Source: Candidatus Undinarchaeales archaeon (GTDB taxonomy: Archaea; SpSt-1190; JASMDC01). Taken from it: 40,238 nt of DNA. Shown here piece by piece: positions 16,493-25,165 of the stretch. Position numbers and translations under genes: made by a program. Where the stretch lies: positions 1 through 40,238 of the forward strand of contig JASMDC010000032.1 of the NCBI GenBank assembly GCA_030753015.1, written 5' to 3'. The notes beneath the pieces are model-generated. The model ran no database searches and was not told the DNA's origin. It saw only the letters and a program-made list of their open reading frames with translations. Every line of letters starts with the position of its first letter. The stretch's first letter is position 1.

Positions 16493-17689
16493 ATGGATCC
16501 CATTCGCGTAGGTGACCTGATACTCGGTGACGAGGAACGTGAGGCGATCGGCAAGATCATCGATTCGGGCCGGATCTCGGAAGGTCCGTTCGTACGTAGG
16601 TTCGAGCGCGAGTGGGCCAAGTACGTGGGTACCCGTGAGTGCGTTCTGCTCAACTCGGGGACATCGGCCCTTATCGCAGGTATCGCAGCCCTCAAGGTAG
16701 GAGAGTATATCGACGGTACGAGGGTAGTGACCACTCCTCTCACTTATGTGGCGACCTCAAACGCCATCATCCTCAACGGTCTAGAACCGGTGTACGTTGA
16801 CGTGGACCCAGAGACATTCATCATAACTCCTCAGACAGTTAGTGCCCTGCTCGAGGAAGAGGACGATCCCTCATCCTTCGCCATGCTGCTCCCGGTACAT
16901 CTCATGGGCTACCCGTGCGACATGGACGGGATGGACGCTGTTGTCAAGAAGTACGGTCTGGTGACCTTCGAGGACTCGGCACAGGCCCACGGTTCACGAT
17001 ACAAAGGTAAGCGGACGGGATCCCTTTCGCTCCTATCTGACTTCTCTTTCTACATCGCACATAACATCCAGGCGGGCGAGCTCGGAGCGTTAGTGACCGA
17101 CGATCCCAACATCGCACGGCTCGTACGCAAGATAAAGGCGAACGGGCGGGTATGCGACTGCTCCGTATGCGTTCGGTCCACGGGCGAATGCCCGCACCTC
17201 CGGGATGAGGACGATCCTGATCCGCGGTTCACCCACGACCTCATCGGCTACAACTTCAAGACAATGGAGTTCCAGGCCGCGATAGCGCTCTGCCAGCTGC
17301 AGAAGGCTGATTGGATACTCGAGCGACGCCAGGAGAACGTCAGACGTCTTAACGAAGCCCTCGAACCGCTGGCCGACGTGCTGGCGACACCGCCCTTCTC
17401 TCCTGACGTGAGCTACCTTGCCTACACACTCGTGATAAAGGATCCAAAGAGGTTCCCACGTGCCCGAATTTGTCGTGAAATGGAGCATGCAGGCATCGAG
17501 ACGCGTCCTCTTTTCGGGTGCATACCGACCCAGCAGCCTGCTTATGCATCATACCGCGATCGGTACAAGGGGCGGCTCCCCGTGGCTGAACGGCTCGGGT
17601 CCGACGCCTTCTACGTGGGTTGCCATCAGTACCTTTCCGAAGAGCAACTGGACCATATGGCCTCCACCCTGCGAAAGGTGTTCCGGTGA
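16493..17689 (+). CDS. DegT/DnrJ/EryC1/StrS-fold PLP/PMP enzyme, His-for-Lys subtype (E1/RfbH/ColD-like NDP-4-keto-6-deoxyhexose 3-dehydrase)
   Basis: NSGTSAL, PVHLMG, EDSAQAHG, FSFYIAHN (H where aminotransferases have K), GRVCDCSVC-x6-C, GYNFK. Confidence 0.85.
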   Translation: MDPIRVGDLILGDEEREAIGKIIDSGRISEGPFVRRFEREWAKYVGTRECVLLNSGTSALIAGIAALKVGEYIDGTRVVTTPLTYVATSNAIILNGLEPVYVDVDPETFIITPQTVSALLEEEDDPSSFAMLLPVHLMGYPCDMDGMDAVVKKYGLVTFEDSAQAHGSRYKGKRTGSLSLLSDFSFYIAHNIQAGELGALVTDDPNIARLVRKIKANGRVCDCSVCVRSTGECPHLRDEDDPDPRFTHDLIGYNFKTMEFQAAIALCQLQKADWILERRQENVRRLNEALEPLADVLATPPFSPDVSYLAYTLVIKDPKRFPRARICREMEHAGIETRPLFGCIPTQQPAYASYRDRYKGRLPVAERLGSDAFYVGCHQYLSEEQLDHMASTLRKVFR

Positions 17690-18582
17690 GCGGACAGCGT
17701 GTGCTCGTCACAGGGGCCGACGGGCTCGTCGGTACACATCTATCCCTCGTGCTCGAGGAGAGCGGTCACGAAGTGGTCCGCTGGGTCTTTGCGAAGGATA
17801 TTCCAGGTCATTCCAGAGTGGACGTCCGCGACCGGGAAACCGTCATTGATGCCTTGCAGGACATCGATGCGGTCGTCCACCTCGCCGCCATAACCGTTGA
17901 GTCCGAAATGGCACGTGATCACTCATTGGGCTTCGATGTCAACATAGGTGGTACCGCGAACGTACTCGAGGCCATGCGCCGTCGTGACGTCCAACGGATC
18001 GTGTACCTTTCCTCTCAGGTCGTGTACGGTAACCGGCCGGGTATCGATGAGGATGACCTGTCAAGCATCGAGCCCCTCTCACCCTATGCAGAGAGCAAGT
18101 ACCTCGCCGAGGAACTGGTCCGTGGCTACGGCCGGGCCTATGGGATAGATATCACCGTGCTCCGCTCATCACACATCTACGGACCGGGGCAACGATCGGG
18201 GGCGCTCGTCCCGCTCTTTCTCCATCGGGTACTCGAGGGTTCAGAAGTAAGGTACGGGAACGACGTGACAAGAGACCTCATATACGTCGTTGACGTCGCA
18301 CGTGCGATCTCAGCGATTCTCCCCGGAGCTCCATCCGGATTGTACAACGTCGGAACGGGCATCGAGACGCGGATCAGTGACCTCATAGATACACTGGCGA
18401 AGGTTAGTGGCAAGCAGGTCTCACGGGTCCATGATCGATCATTAATCCGTGACAATGCGCTGGAGCGCTGGCGCGAGCTAGCTAAGATCGATCGTATCAC
18501 CGATGAGGTGGGATGGAAACCGCAGACTTCGCTCGAGGACGGCCTCCGACGGTTGCTCAAGCACATCAATGATGACGCCTGA
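17686..18582 (+). CDS. NAD(P)-dependent extended SDR, nucleotide-sugar epimerase/4-reductase
   Basis: TGADGLVG, HLAA, YLSS, YAESK (YxxxK), YGPG. The GTG start overlaps the upstream TGA (GTGA), with an AAGGTG SD. Confidence 0.9.
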   Translation: MSGQRVLVTGADGLVGTHLSLVLEESGHEVVRWVFAKDIPGHSRVDVRDRETVIDALQDIDAVVHLAAITVESEMARDHSLGFDVNIGGTANVLEAMRRRDVQRIVYLSSQVVYGNRPGIDEDDLSSIEPLSPYAESKYLAEELVRGYGRAYGIDITVLRSSHIYGPGQRSGALVPLFLHRVLEGSEVRYGNDVTRDLIYVVDVARAISAILPGAPSGLYNVGTGIETRISDLIDTLAKVSGKQVSRVHDRSLIRDNALERWRELAKIDRITDEVGWKPQTSLEDGLRRLLKHINDDA

Positions 18583-18623
18583 CAGCCATTACGCTCTCGG
18601 TTGAGTGGATCACCGGTTCAATG

Positions 18624-19391
18624 TTATTTCAGCGCCGAGTGGAACACGCTCCACGTCGTTCCCGTCATTGGCGTAGAGACGTTGTTGTCGAACCAATCCT
18701 GGACCTCGTCGATACGTTCCCGGTCGACACCGCCGAGCAGTCCGAACATGCGCACGTAATCATTGACCTCAATGCTGACATTATCGCGAGTAATGACCAC
18801 GTAATCCGACAGACCGTGGTATTCGCAGATGTCACCCTTGGCCTTGAAGATATTGGGATCGAGGTCCTCCTCACAGATCTCACGGTAGGCTTGGGTCACC
18901 GTGCTCGCGTCCATCTGCTTGCTCCATTGAATATTTCGGGGCCGATCTTCATCACGTATCCCGAGCGTGCCTCGTATCCCCTCCATCAGGACCTTGCCAT
19001 CCTCTCGGGTCCCCTCATTGTATCTAATGTCCTTGCTGGACAAGCTGAAGGGCAGCCCACGACCTGACGACGACACTTCGAACACCCGATTGATGCCTAA
19101 AGGCTTCACACCGGCACGTACCGAAAGGTAGTTCCCGTCGTCAGCAAACCGCTGGAGCGCATCCTCGACCATCTTGTATGGCACATGGTCCTCATCCTGC
19201 TCGATGTGGGATGATAGGTTGCAGCTCTCGATCAATCCCTTGTCGAAGTGTTCCGAGTAGGCCTCGACTGTGACATCGCCCGACTTGATTATGATCTTAT
19301 AGGGCTCGCCCTCGGCCTCCCTGATCTGTTCATACGCATCGAAAATGACATCATAGAGGGATCCGCCCTCCTCTAATTGTACATCGTACAT
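18624..19391 (-). CDS. Hypothetical acidic protein
   Basis: Long ORF with normal codon usage. ATG 19391 is preferred over TTG 19436 because a TATA-like TTATTAATA lies at 19444-19452. Confidence 0.7.
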   Translation of the reverse strand: MYDVQLEEGGSLYDVIFDAYEQIREAEGEPYKIIIKSGDVTVEAYSEHFDKGLIESCNLSSHIEQDEDHVPYKMVEDALQRFADDGNYLSVRAGVKPLGINRVFEVSSSGRGLPFSLSSKDIRYNEGTREDGKVLMEGIRGTLGIRDEDRPRNIQWSKQMDASTVTQAYREICEEDLDPNIFKAKGDICEYHGLSDYVVITRDNVSIEVNDYVRMFGLLGGVDRERIDEVQDWFDNNVSTPMTGTTWSVFHSALK

Positions 19392-19488
19392 TCTTTCAAC
19401 CCCTGCCCTGGGAATGGGCTTGAGACGGTGTGCCAACTAGCGCTATTAATAAGGACTTGGAACCACTCCGGAGGTGGTCGTCCGTGAG

Positions 19489-20541
19489 CTAGTCGACGCT
19501 CACGTCCTGGTTGGTCCGCCCGTACGTGATGAAGAGAACACGTGCGGAGTCACCCGTCATGAGGGTATTGAAGACCTCGTGATTGAAGAATGAAGGGAGA
19601 CCCCGAGCTTTTGGGACCTGTCTTCCTAGTCGTTCGAGCGCTTTGGTCATCTCCTTTGTCTTGTCCTCCATATCAGGGAACCTGGAGTAGTAAAAGTAAG
19701 CATGCGTGAAAGCATCTGCTGCTCGCTCGTTGTCATCGATGGACTCCCATTCCCCGGCCTCGTTGTTATACCTGGCGCCGAGCTCCACGATGATGTTCGC
19801 CCTTGTCATGGAATCGGCCGACGGCCACTTCCTCTCGATGATCGTCTCCACGAGCTCGGTGGTCCTATTCGGACGGTCCACCTTGTCCCAAATCTCCTTT
19901 GCCGTACTCTCGGCCGATGTCACATCGTCGAGCGAGCTCTTGAGCAGTTGCGTCTCGAAGATCTCTGCGGACCTGGGGAGGAGCTCTTTTACTCTCTCGG
20001 GTTCACCCGCCTGTTCCCACATCCGGATGGCGAACTCCCAGGCACCCTTCATTTCAAAGGCAAGAGCCGCCCGCTCAAACTCGTCAGCAAGGCTCCAGAC
20101 GATACCCGCTCTGAACCAATCACTATTTCTTTCATAGAGCTCGGCAGTGGTCCTGCAGAGCCGCTTCTGCTCGTTCCGTGCAGCAACCGCTTCAGAATTC
20201 TTATCTGCGTCAGTGTAGGCGTCCACGGCCTCACGCCATGTTTCGATGGCCGCATCGAACCTCTCCTGCTTCTCCAAAGCTCGGGCTTTCTTCTCAGAGA
20301 TGACGGCCAGGCCCTCGGGCTCACGGATCTTTGCTAGCACTTCGGCGGCATTGATCCACTCTTCGATGGCCTTCTCGATCTCTCCGTCTGCATCGAAGCT
20401 GTCACCGGCATTCTCGTACGCTTTCGCTGCACGCTGCCAGTCACCGTGCTCCCTCCAAGCCTTTGCAGCGTCAACCCATGCCTCCATCGCCTCTCGTTCC
20501 GATGCGATCTGCTTCCAACTCTTGAGGAAATCGAACACCAT
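19489..20541 (-). CDS. Alpha-solenoid (TPR/SNAP-like) repeat protein
   Basis: Recurrent W-x-x-A-A-x-x-Y/W-E-x-A-G helical repeats (WQRAAKAYENAG, WFRAGIVW, WEFAIRMWEQAG). Confidence 0.8.
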   Translation of the reverse strand: MVFDFLKSWKQIASEREAMEAWVDAAKAWREHGDWQRAAKAYENAGDSFDADGEIEKAIEEWINAAEVLAKIREPEGLAVISEKKARALEKQERFDAAIETWREAVDAYTDADKNSEAVAARNEQKRLCRTTAELYERNSDWFRAGIVWSLADEFERAALAFEMKGAWEFAIRMWEQAGEPERVKELLPRSAEIFETQLLKSSLDDVTSAESTAKEIWDKVDRPNRTTELVETIIERKWPSADSMTRANIIVELGARYNNEAGEWESIDDNERAADAFTHAYFYYSRFPDMEDKTKEMTKALERLGRQVPKARGLPSFFNHEVFNTLMTGDSARVLFITYGRTNQDVSVD

Positions 20542-20604
20542 GATGTGATCCCGTCTCTGTTCACGTACCGATGTAATAAAAAGCTGAGTGACTCTGTCAT
20601 CTGT

Positions 20605-22137
20605 CTATTCTCCGATAACATGCTCGGCATGTTTCATGATATGGTCGAAGTCCTCATTGTTCGTTCGGTACTTTGCGAACGATACAAGAGAGCAGATGTC
20701 AAGACATTCCGCGATATAGACATGGTCACGACCACGGTCCTTCAGCTCACGAACGACGTCGTCGCGAGTGCATTCGCAATCAATGCTCAGCTCATGGCTG
20801 AAGTAGTACCGTACCGCCTCGCTCACGAGCATGTAAGCCTCCTTCTCACGGTCTTCCTCGAACGATCTCTGGGCTTCCTCCAGCATCTCTCGGGTCCGGG
20901 CTCGCCAATCCACGGATGGCTTGGATAAATCAATAGCATCTCGTTCCAAGTCCCGTTCGGCCTTTCGTTGCCGTAGCCACCACCAACCGACAATCAGGAG
21001 CATCAGGATGAGAAGTGAGGCTATCAGTATCCGCCTGGAACGCTCTTCGTCATCAGGATTCATGCGCACGTCCTCGACCGTCTCGTTGAGATCGACCGAG
21101 CCGGTGATCGACTTCGTTTCGTTGGTCTGTGGATTTCGGAGAGTGCGGTTGAACCTGCTCGTACCGTTGGTGGGAAAAGGAACATCGGTCCCTTCTGGCT
21201 TGAATCCCTGCTCCATCGCTTTCTGATCCCGGTCCTGCACCTGCGGATCGGCCTCCACTGCACGTCGCATGCGGTCCAGGTCGTCCTGGACGACGGCCTG
21301 CATCTGCGATACATCGCCGTCCTCCATCGAGCCCTCTATCCGTGCCTGTTGGTCCTTTCTCTGGTAATCGTACTGGAAATCACCGTCGAGACCTTCCCCG
21401 TTCCCGGGATCGATGTTGCTCTCCGAACGCCGGTAGCCTTGTCGTGATAGCTCTCTCTCGGCCTGACGGAACTCCTCGTTCGACTCCAGGGCCTGTTCCA
21501 TGGCCTGCCGACGTGCCTGCTCCTGTGCGATCTGCTGTGCTAGCTCCTGCATGTCGGACTCCATGCCCTGTTGCACCTGATCGATGCGGTCCTGCGTGTC
21601 CTGCGGGCTCGGCGGTTGCTGCTGTTGCCCCTGCTGACCAGAGCTTGAACGCGAGATCGATGTGGACTGGATACGCTGGCCACCGCACTGGAATAGCGTC
21701 GTTATCTTGGACATCTGCCCCTGTGCGGGGCCCGTTACATTGATGGTAAGGGAGTTAGACCGTACCGTTGTCTCGCTCCCCGTCTCAGGGTCCCTGAACG
21801 TGACCTCGGCCGGAGCTATCTCATGCTCCCCGGGCTCGAACGCCTGGATCCCTTCGGTGCCCGTGAGGTCTCCATAATCGAGCGACGCCGCCCCAGGTGG
21901 CGCTTGTCCTTCGAGGCACTCGATATCGATACCGCTCTCACCGATGACGTTCTTATCGACGATGAGCACATCAACAGGTTCGTCGTTCGGGTTGATTATC
22001 TCAAGCCAGACTCGTAGGACGTCCCCTGATTCAACGTTCGTGTTCTCCACGACCTTCTTGATCGTGAGCTCCTTTGCCGAGACGAGGCCGGTGACGAGGG
22101 CAACAAGCACGAGCATAGTGAGGATTCTTCTTTTCAT
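20605..22137 (-). CDS. BatD-like membrane protein: signal peptide, Ig-like domain, Gln-rich coiled coil, duplicated domain, TM, cytoplasmic helical domain
   Basis: Signal peptide; 'AFEPGEHEIAPAEVTF...VRSNSLTINV' BatD-like strand; TM ILIASLLILMLLIVGWWWL; C-terminal 'LVSFAKY' motif typical of Bat-operon accessory proteins; last gene of the MoxR operon. Confidence 0.7.
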   Translation of the reverse strand: MKRRILTMLVLVALVTGLVSAKELTIKKVVENTNVESGDVLRVWLEIINPNDEPVDVLIVDKNVIGESGIDIECLEGQAPPGAASLDYGDLTGTEGIQAFEPGEHEIAPAEVTFRDPETGSETTVRSNSLTINVTGPAQGQMSKITTLFQCGGQRIQSTSISRSSSGQQGQQQQPPSPQDTQDRIDQVQQGMESDMQELAQQIAQEQARRQAMEQALESNEEFRQAERELSRQGYRRSESNIDPGNGEGLDGDFQYDYQRKDQQARIEGSMEDGDVSQMQAVVQDDLDRMRRAVEADPQVQDRDQKAMEQGFKPEGTDVPFPTNGTSRFNRTLRNPQTNETKSITGSVDLNETVEDVRMNPDDEERSRRILIASLLILMLLIVGWWWLRQRKAERDLERDAIDLSKPSVDWRARTREMLEEAQRSFEEDREKEAYMLVSEAVRYYFSHELSIDCECTRDDVVRELKDRGRDHVYIAECLDICSLVSFAKYRTNNEDFDHIMKHAEHVIGE

Positions 22138-22146
22138 CGTTCCACC

Positions 22147-23109
22147 TCACGGGATGATGCGTCCGCCACCGTACCGCAACCACTGCTCGGCGAGGATGAG
22201 GAGCACGGCCATACCCACGAACCAGGGAGCCGTCGAGACATCCTCATTCTCATGTTCTATCTTCTCTGAGAGCGTCTCGTAGATTTGTTCCAGGGTTGTC
22301 ACATCGATGGCGCGAAAGTACTCGCCCCCTGTGGTTTTGGCAATGTGTCGCAATGTCTCCTCGTCCAGACGTGCGTATTGCGCCCGACCGAACCAGTCGT
22401 ACCCGAGCACGACCGGCTTCACGCTGCCTACTCCAACGGTGTAAACCTGCACACCCTCGCGCTTGGCGAAGGCTGCGGCTTCTGCGGGCGGGATGACGCC
22501 TGCATTGTTCTCCCCGTCTGAGAGTAGTATGACCACTTTGCGACGGTTCGGGATAGATGTGATCATGTCCACGGCAAGCGACAGGCCGTCCCCGATAGCC
22601 GTCCGACCTTCCCGGGGCCTTATCGCATCGAGCTTCTGGATCGTCCGGTCCTTGAGCCTGGTGAGGTAGGATCCAGCCGTTGCCCCCTCAGAGAACACGA
22701 TGATGCCGCAATGGTCCACCGGTTTTAGTGATTCTATGAGCACACGAGCGCTCTGCTTGGCCGCCTCCAGACGGGAGGGCTCAAAATCAGTTGCTTGCAT
22801 GCTCCCCGAAACGTCAATGACAAGTACGACGTTGACACCCTTGTGGGTAGCCGTCCACGGGATGTGCAGGTCGGCCAGCGACAGGAAGAGGCATGTAAGG
22901 GCAAGAGCGGACATTAAGAACCCTGCGCTCCTCCGCCACGCGAGCTCGCGGCCACCCGCAGCCTCCCGGACGACCTTGAGACGTGAGAATATGAGGGCGG
23001 CCCGACGCTTGTGCCCCTCGGCCCGGCGGGCCATGTACACGAGCACTAAGAGTACGACGATGCCAGCTGTAAGCCATTCTGGATTGAGAAAGAACCACTC
23101 GTCGACCAT
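22147..23109 (-). CDS. BatA-like VWA domain membrane protein
   Basis: N-terminal F.NP.WL plus TM segments; MIDAS DVSGSM...TAIGD...LSDGE; LDEETL..IA..TGG.YF; C-terminal TM. Confidence 0.92.
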   Translation of the reverse strand: MVDEWFFLNPEWLTAGIVVLLVLVYMARRAEGHKRRAALIFSRLKVVREAAGGRELAWRRSAGFLMSALALTCLFLSLADLHIPWTATHKGVNVVLVIDVSGSMQATDFEPSRLEAAKQSARVLIESLKPVDHCGIIVFSEGATAGSYLTRLKDRTIQKLDAIRPREGRTAIGDGLSLAVDMITSIPNRRKVVILLSDGENNAGVIPPAEAAAFAKREGVQVYTVGVGSVKPVVLGYDWFGRAQYARLDEETLRHIAKTTGGEYFRAIDVTTLEQIYETLSEKIEHENEDVSTAPWFVGMAVLLILAEQWLRYGGGRIIP

Positions 23110-24080
23110 CAGTGACGCCTCCTCTCACGTCGCGCAAAGAACTTACGCAGCGGCTCTTCGAAAGGTTCTTCGGTGGATACCTCGACGAGCTGACCATTCG
23201 AGCGACCGACTACCGACACGAGACCTTGTACCTCTTCATCAGCGATATGTGAGAATGCTTCCCTGACCTCGCGATCACTGGTGTCCACGAGCATGTGCTC
23301 ACCCGTCTCTGCGTCCTCGAGCTCCATGAGCCCAGCATCGGGCAGCTCTACTTCGCGCGGGTCCCGGACGCGTACGGCGACGAGGTCGTGACGTGATCCG
23401 AGCACCCTGAGCGGACGCACGAGGCCTTCTTGTTCGGGAAAATCCGAGATGACGAACACGATACCACGCTTCTTTGCCACCTTCGCTAGGAATGCAAGAG
23501 CACCCGGAACATCGGTCCGAGCACCACGAGGACGGTGAGCCACCAGTTCGCGCACGCAACGCAACACATGCTTCCGTCCTCCCCTGGGGGGAAGGTACGT
23601 CACCACCGTGTCGGTGAAGAGGATGAGCCCGACCCGGTCATTGTTACGCATCGCACAGAACATCAACGATGCGGCGATCTCCCGGGCAGCAGCTCCCTTC
23701 TCACGGCCCGAGCCGAAGGCGAATGATCCTGAGACATCTACCACGAGATGTACGTCGATGTTCCGCTCCTCGATATACTCTTTGACGTACGGTGCGTTCA
23801 TGCGCGCGGTCACGTTCCAGTCGATGGTCCGTACGTCGTCACCAGGCACGTACTCCCGCACCTCGGCGAACTCGATTCCCCGGCCCTTGAACGATGAGTG
23901 GAAAGCGCCTTGGAGAAGCCCGGTCACCTTGCCACGGACCCTCAGCTCGAGCCGCTTGACCCGCCGGACTATCTCAGCTGGGGTTTGATGCTCTTCTTCC
24001 TCCAGCTCATCTTCATCTGGGAACGGTCTTATCAGTGAGAGGAACCGGGAAAGAACACCGCCGTCTTCGTTACCCGTCAA
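23109..24080 (-). CDS. DUF58 family protein (MoxR-associated, VWA-like)
   Basis: GRGIEFAEVREYVPGDDVRTIDWNVTAR, VDVSGS, DRVGL, ISDF. Confidence 0.93.
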   Translation of the reverse strand: MTGNEDGGVLSRFLSLIRPFPDEDELEEEEHQTPAEIVRRVKRLELRVRGKVTGLLQGAFHSSFKGRGIEFAEVREYVPGDDVRTIDWNVTARMNAPYVKEYIEERNIDVHLVVDVSGSFAFGSGREKGAAAREIAASLMFCAMRNNDRVGLILFTDTVVTYLPPRGGRKHVLRCVRELVAHRPRGARTDVPGALAFLAKVAKKRGIVFVISDFPEQEGLVRPLRVLGSRHDLVAVRVRDPREVELPDAGLMELEDAETGEHMLVDTSDREVREAFSHIADEEVQGLVSVVGRSNGQLVEVSTEEPFEEPLRKFFARRERRRH

Positions 24081-24091
24081 CGGGCCATCAC

Positions 24092-25081
24092 CTACGGGAT
24101 CTCCACTACGTTGAGGACCTGCTGAACGATATCGTCGGTGGTCACGTCCTCGGCCTCTGCTTCGTATGTGAGGATTATGCGATGCCGTAGGACCGACATG
24201 GCCACGGCCTGGATATCCTCCGGGATGACATATCCTCTGCCGTTGAGGAGGGCGTTCGCCCGAGCACCCATAACAAGCCAGATGCTCGCCCGTGGGCTTG
24301 CACCGAACTCTATGAGCCCCTCCATGTCAAGCCCGTATGACGCGGGATCTCTCGTGGCATCCACGAGCTGTGTCGAATAGTCCACAACGCTCTCCTCGAC
24401 GTGGAGCTTTCGCACTGACAGTTGCATCTTCGTCACCGCATCGGCGTCGAGCACCGGCGAGGCGGACGCTTCTGTATCCCGGGTGAATCGGTCCACTATC
24501 GCCCGTTCTTCTTCGATCGATGGGTAGTCGACGAGGACCTTTAGCATGAAACGGTCAACCTGGGCCTCTGGAAGACGGTAGGTGCCCTCGGTCTCGAGCG
24601 GATTCTGTGTGGCGAGCACTAGGAAAGGCTTTGGAAGGGGGAACGTCTCCCCCCCGATCGAGACCTGTCGCTCTTGCATTGCCTCGAGCAGAGCGGACTG
24701 CACCTTGGGCGGTGCACGGTTGATCTCGTCCGCCAGCACGAGGTTAGCGAACACAGGACCCTTGCGGGTAGTGAATGTGGCCTTCCTCTGGTCGTATATG
24801 GTCGTACCGACGATGTCAGCGGGAAGAAGGTCTGGTGTGAACTGTATGCGCACGAACGAGGCGCGAAGTGTGTCTGCCAGTGAATGCACCATGAGCGTCT
24901 TGGCCAGACCGGGCACGCCCTCGAGGAGGACATGTCCATTGGCCAATAGCGCTATGAGGAGCTTGTGGAGCACTTTATCCTGCCCCACGATGACGTTGCC
25001 AATTTCTCCGAGGACCTTGTCGATAGATTTCGTGTGCTTCTCGCTCTGTTTGTTTAGCTTCTGGATAGTCTTGTCCATCAT
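24092..25081 (-). CDS. moxR: MoxR-family AAA+ ATPase
   Basis: GHVLLEGVPGLAKT, RIQFTPDLLPADI, LADEINRAPPKVQSALLEAMQE, ATQNP.E.EGTY.LPEAQ.DRF, GASPRAS. Confidence 0.95.
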   Translation of the reverse strand: MMDKTIQKLNKQSEKHTKSIDKVLGEIGNVIVGQDKVLHKLLIALLANGHVLLEGVPGLAKTLMVHSLADTLRASFVRIQFTPDLLPADIVGTTIYDQRKATFTTRKGPVFANLVLADEINRAPPKVQSALLEAMQERQVSIGGETFPLPKPFLVLATQNPLETEGTYRLPEAQVDRFMLKVLVDYPSIEEERAIVDRFTRDTEASASPVLDADAVTKMQLSVRKLHVEESVVDYSTQLVDATRDPASYGLDMEGLIEFGASPRASIWLVMGARANALLNGRGYVIPEDIQAVAMSVLRHRIILTYEAEAEDVTTDDIVQQVLNVVEIP

Positions 25082-25099
25082 GGTGAGGACACCTCCCTG

Positions 25100-25123
25100 G
25101 GCGGCCCCCTTTCGGGGACCGCC
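25100..25123 (-). other. GC-rich RNA hairpin with GAAA tetraloop between thermosome and moxR
   Basis: Minus strand GGCGGUCCCC-GAAA-GGGGGCCGCC forms a 10-bp stem with one G-U pair. It pairs fully only on the transcribed strand. Confidence 0.7.
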
Positions 25124-25165
25124 GTTCGCGTTTTCCGCTGGGAAGAAAAGTGGTAGGGGGATGGA

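Noticed and set aside
16493-17689. Plain sugar aminotransferase call (ArnB/DegT), which would make an Arn-like amino-sugar pathway with GT2 and GT-C
   Set aside because: The catalytic Lys position is His and there is a Cys cluster, which favours the dehydrase subtype. Not fully excluded without an assay.
19463-19479. Short inverted repeat ACCAC...GTGGT between two minus-strand genes
   Set aside because: The stem is only 5-7 bp, which is not distinguishable from chance in GC-rich DNA.
25095-25140. SECIS-like element or ncRNA in the ths-moxR spacer
   Set aside because: There is no in-frame TGA candidate in the neighbouring genes, and the fold does not clearly match the archaeal SECIS pattern. 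Kept only as a hairpin.
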